Program-made: the position numbers and the translations under genes
Assembly: GCA_002269645.1 (NCBI GenBank)
Contig: NIVC01001899.1
Location: 124,001 to 188,000 of the forward strand
Length of the DNA: 64,000 nt
Reading direction: 5' to 3'
From: Macrostomum lignano
Taxonomy: Eukaryota
Shown: positions 61,705 through 64,000 of the stretch, one piece after another
How the letters are laid out: each line of letters opens with the position of its first letter
Position numbering within the stretch: the stretch's first letter is position 1
The notes under the pieces: generated by a model
The model's input: the letters and a program-made list of their open reading frames with translations, nothing else
What the model was told of the DNA's origin: nothing
Database searches by the model: none

Positions 61705-61783
61705 AATCCCTGTCATCACACGACGTGGGCCGCTGATCCTATCTATCTACCTTCTAATCAGCATGCTTTTCAAAGCAAACGGG

Positions 61784-62602
61784 CAGTGTTGGGCAAGTTA
61801 CTCAAAAAAAGTAACTTGCGTTACTGTAACTTAAGTTACCAATTTTTAAAAAGTAACTTACGTTAGCCTAGTAACTTTAGACAAAAACCCGGTAACTTTT
61901 AAGTTACTGTCCGTTACTCACTTCCGTTACCCATGTTATTAACAAAATTTTCTGCTTTTTTCGCATTGCACATTTTTCACATTGTTGTTACCGAAATTTG
62001 CCATTGGGCATTGGGATTAACCGATTAACAGACAGAGACAGGAATTGGCGACACGATGTGAGGCAAGTAGAAGGACCAATGGGCAATGGCAATCAATAAT
62101 TAAAATTATAAATGATAAAATAAACGAATATCAATAATTCAATAGAGTACAGTAAATAGAACTGTATAAAATGGTGTAGTGTACTGCAGTGCCAGTGGAG
62201 GGACTTGTGCAGAGGCTACAGATGATGAATTTCTTTCTTTGATTGTTTGTTTGAATCAAACTTGAAAATTTTTAGTAACAAAAATGAAAGGCGAAAATAT
62301 TTTACCGAAATTAACAAAGTAAAACATGTTTCAAGTATTTCTTCATTAATTAAGCGCAATACCATATGATACTATTCACTTAATTTTGAATTTAGGAATG
62401 AAAATGCAAAAACATGTGACAACCGGCTTACTAGCTAAGCGTTTCAGTTTTAAATTTAAATATTGCGATTGTTGCAAAGTAACTGTAACGGACTTCCGAA
62501 ATTTAGTAACTTACCGTTACTCCGTTACTAAAATAAAAAAGTAACTTGCGTAAGGAACGCTTTACGAAAAAGTAACTTGCGTTACCATTTGCAAGTTACT
62601 CG
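61784..62602. mobile_element. Probable truncated non-autonomous DNA transposon with GTAAC/GTTAC subterminal repeats
   Basis: Starts CAGTGTTGGGCAAGTTACTC. Clusters of AAGTAACTT/GTTAC at 61795-61930 and 62480-62600. The matching right TIR is not present. Confidence 0.5.
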
Positions 62603-62717
62603 GTAGAAATCGAAATCGAATAGAATTATCTCAATCACCGTCAACAATTTGCGAGAGCTTCTGTTACGCAATCGGGTATACTTTATAGCGTGCAGCAACC
62701 TATGCTTCTCAATCCTT

Positions 62718-64000
<1,283 letters not shown>

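Overview
Repeat-rich metazoan genomic DNA with GT-AG spliced genes. The mix of intronic minisatellites, TTAGGG-like tracts and flatworm-type genes is consistent with a free-living flatworm such as Macrostomum, which is an inference. Hand-spliced gene models: an intronless 453-aa coiled-coil ORF with an N-myristoylation motif (-), a complete 12-exon ENOSF1/L-fuconate dehydratase (-), a 2-exon orphan gene (-), an intronless class A GPCR (-), a 15-exon ankyrin-repeat TRP-type channel (+), a 91-aa single-pass membrane protein (-), a tandem cluster of four phospholipid-scramblase paralogues (three intact, one pseudogene; two with independent Gln/Pro-rich tandem-repeat C-terminal tails), and the last exon of an LHFPL-family tetraspan gene (-). 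Mobile DNA: the 3' end of an LTR retrotransposon, a hAT MITE with an 8-bp TSD, two tRNA-derived SINE families, a foldback MITE, decayed LINE fragments (RNase H, RT, zinc knuckle), and a Helitron-like family that appears to seed satellites. About 25 distinct tandem arrays are present, several abutting or built from splice sites. No rRNA, true tRNA or CRISPR array is supported. All coordinates and copy numbers were derived by eye; repeat and TE boundaries are approximate and no database searches were run.
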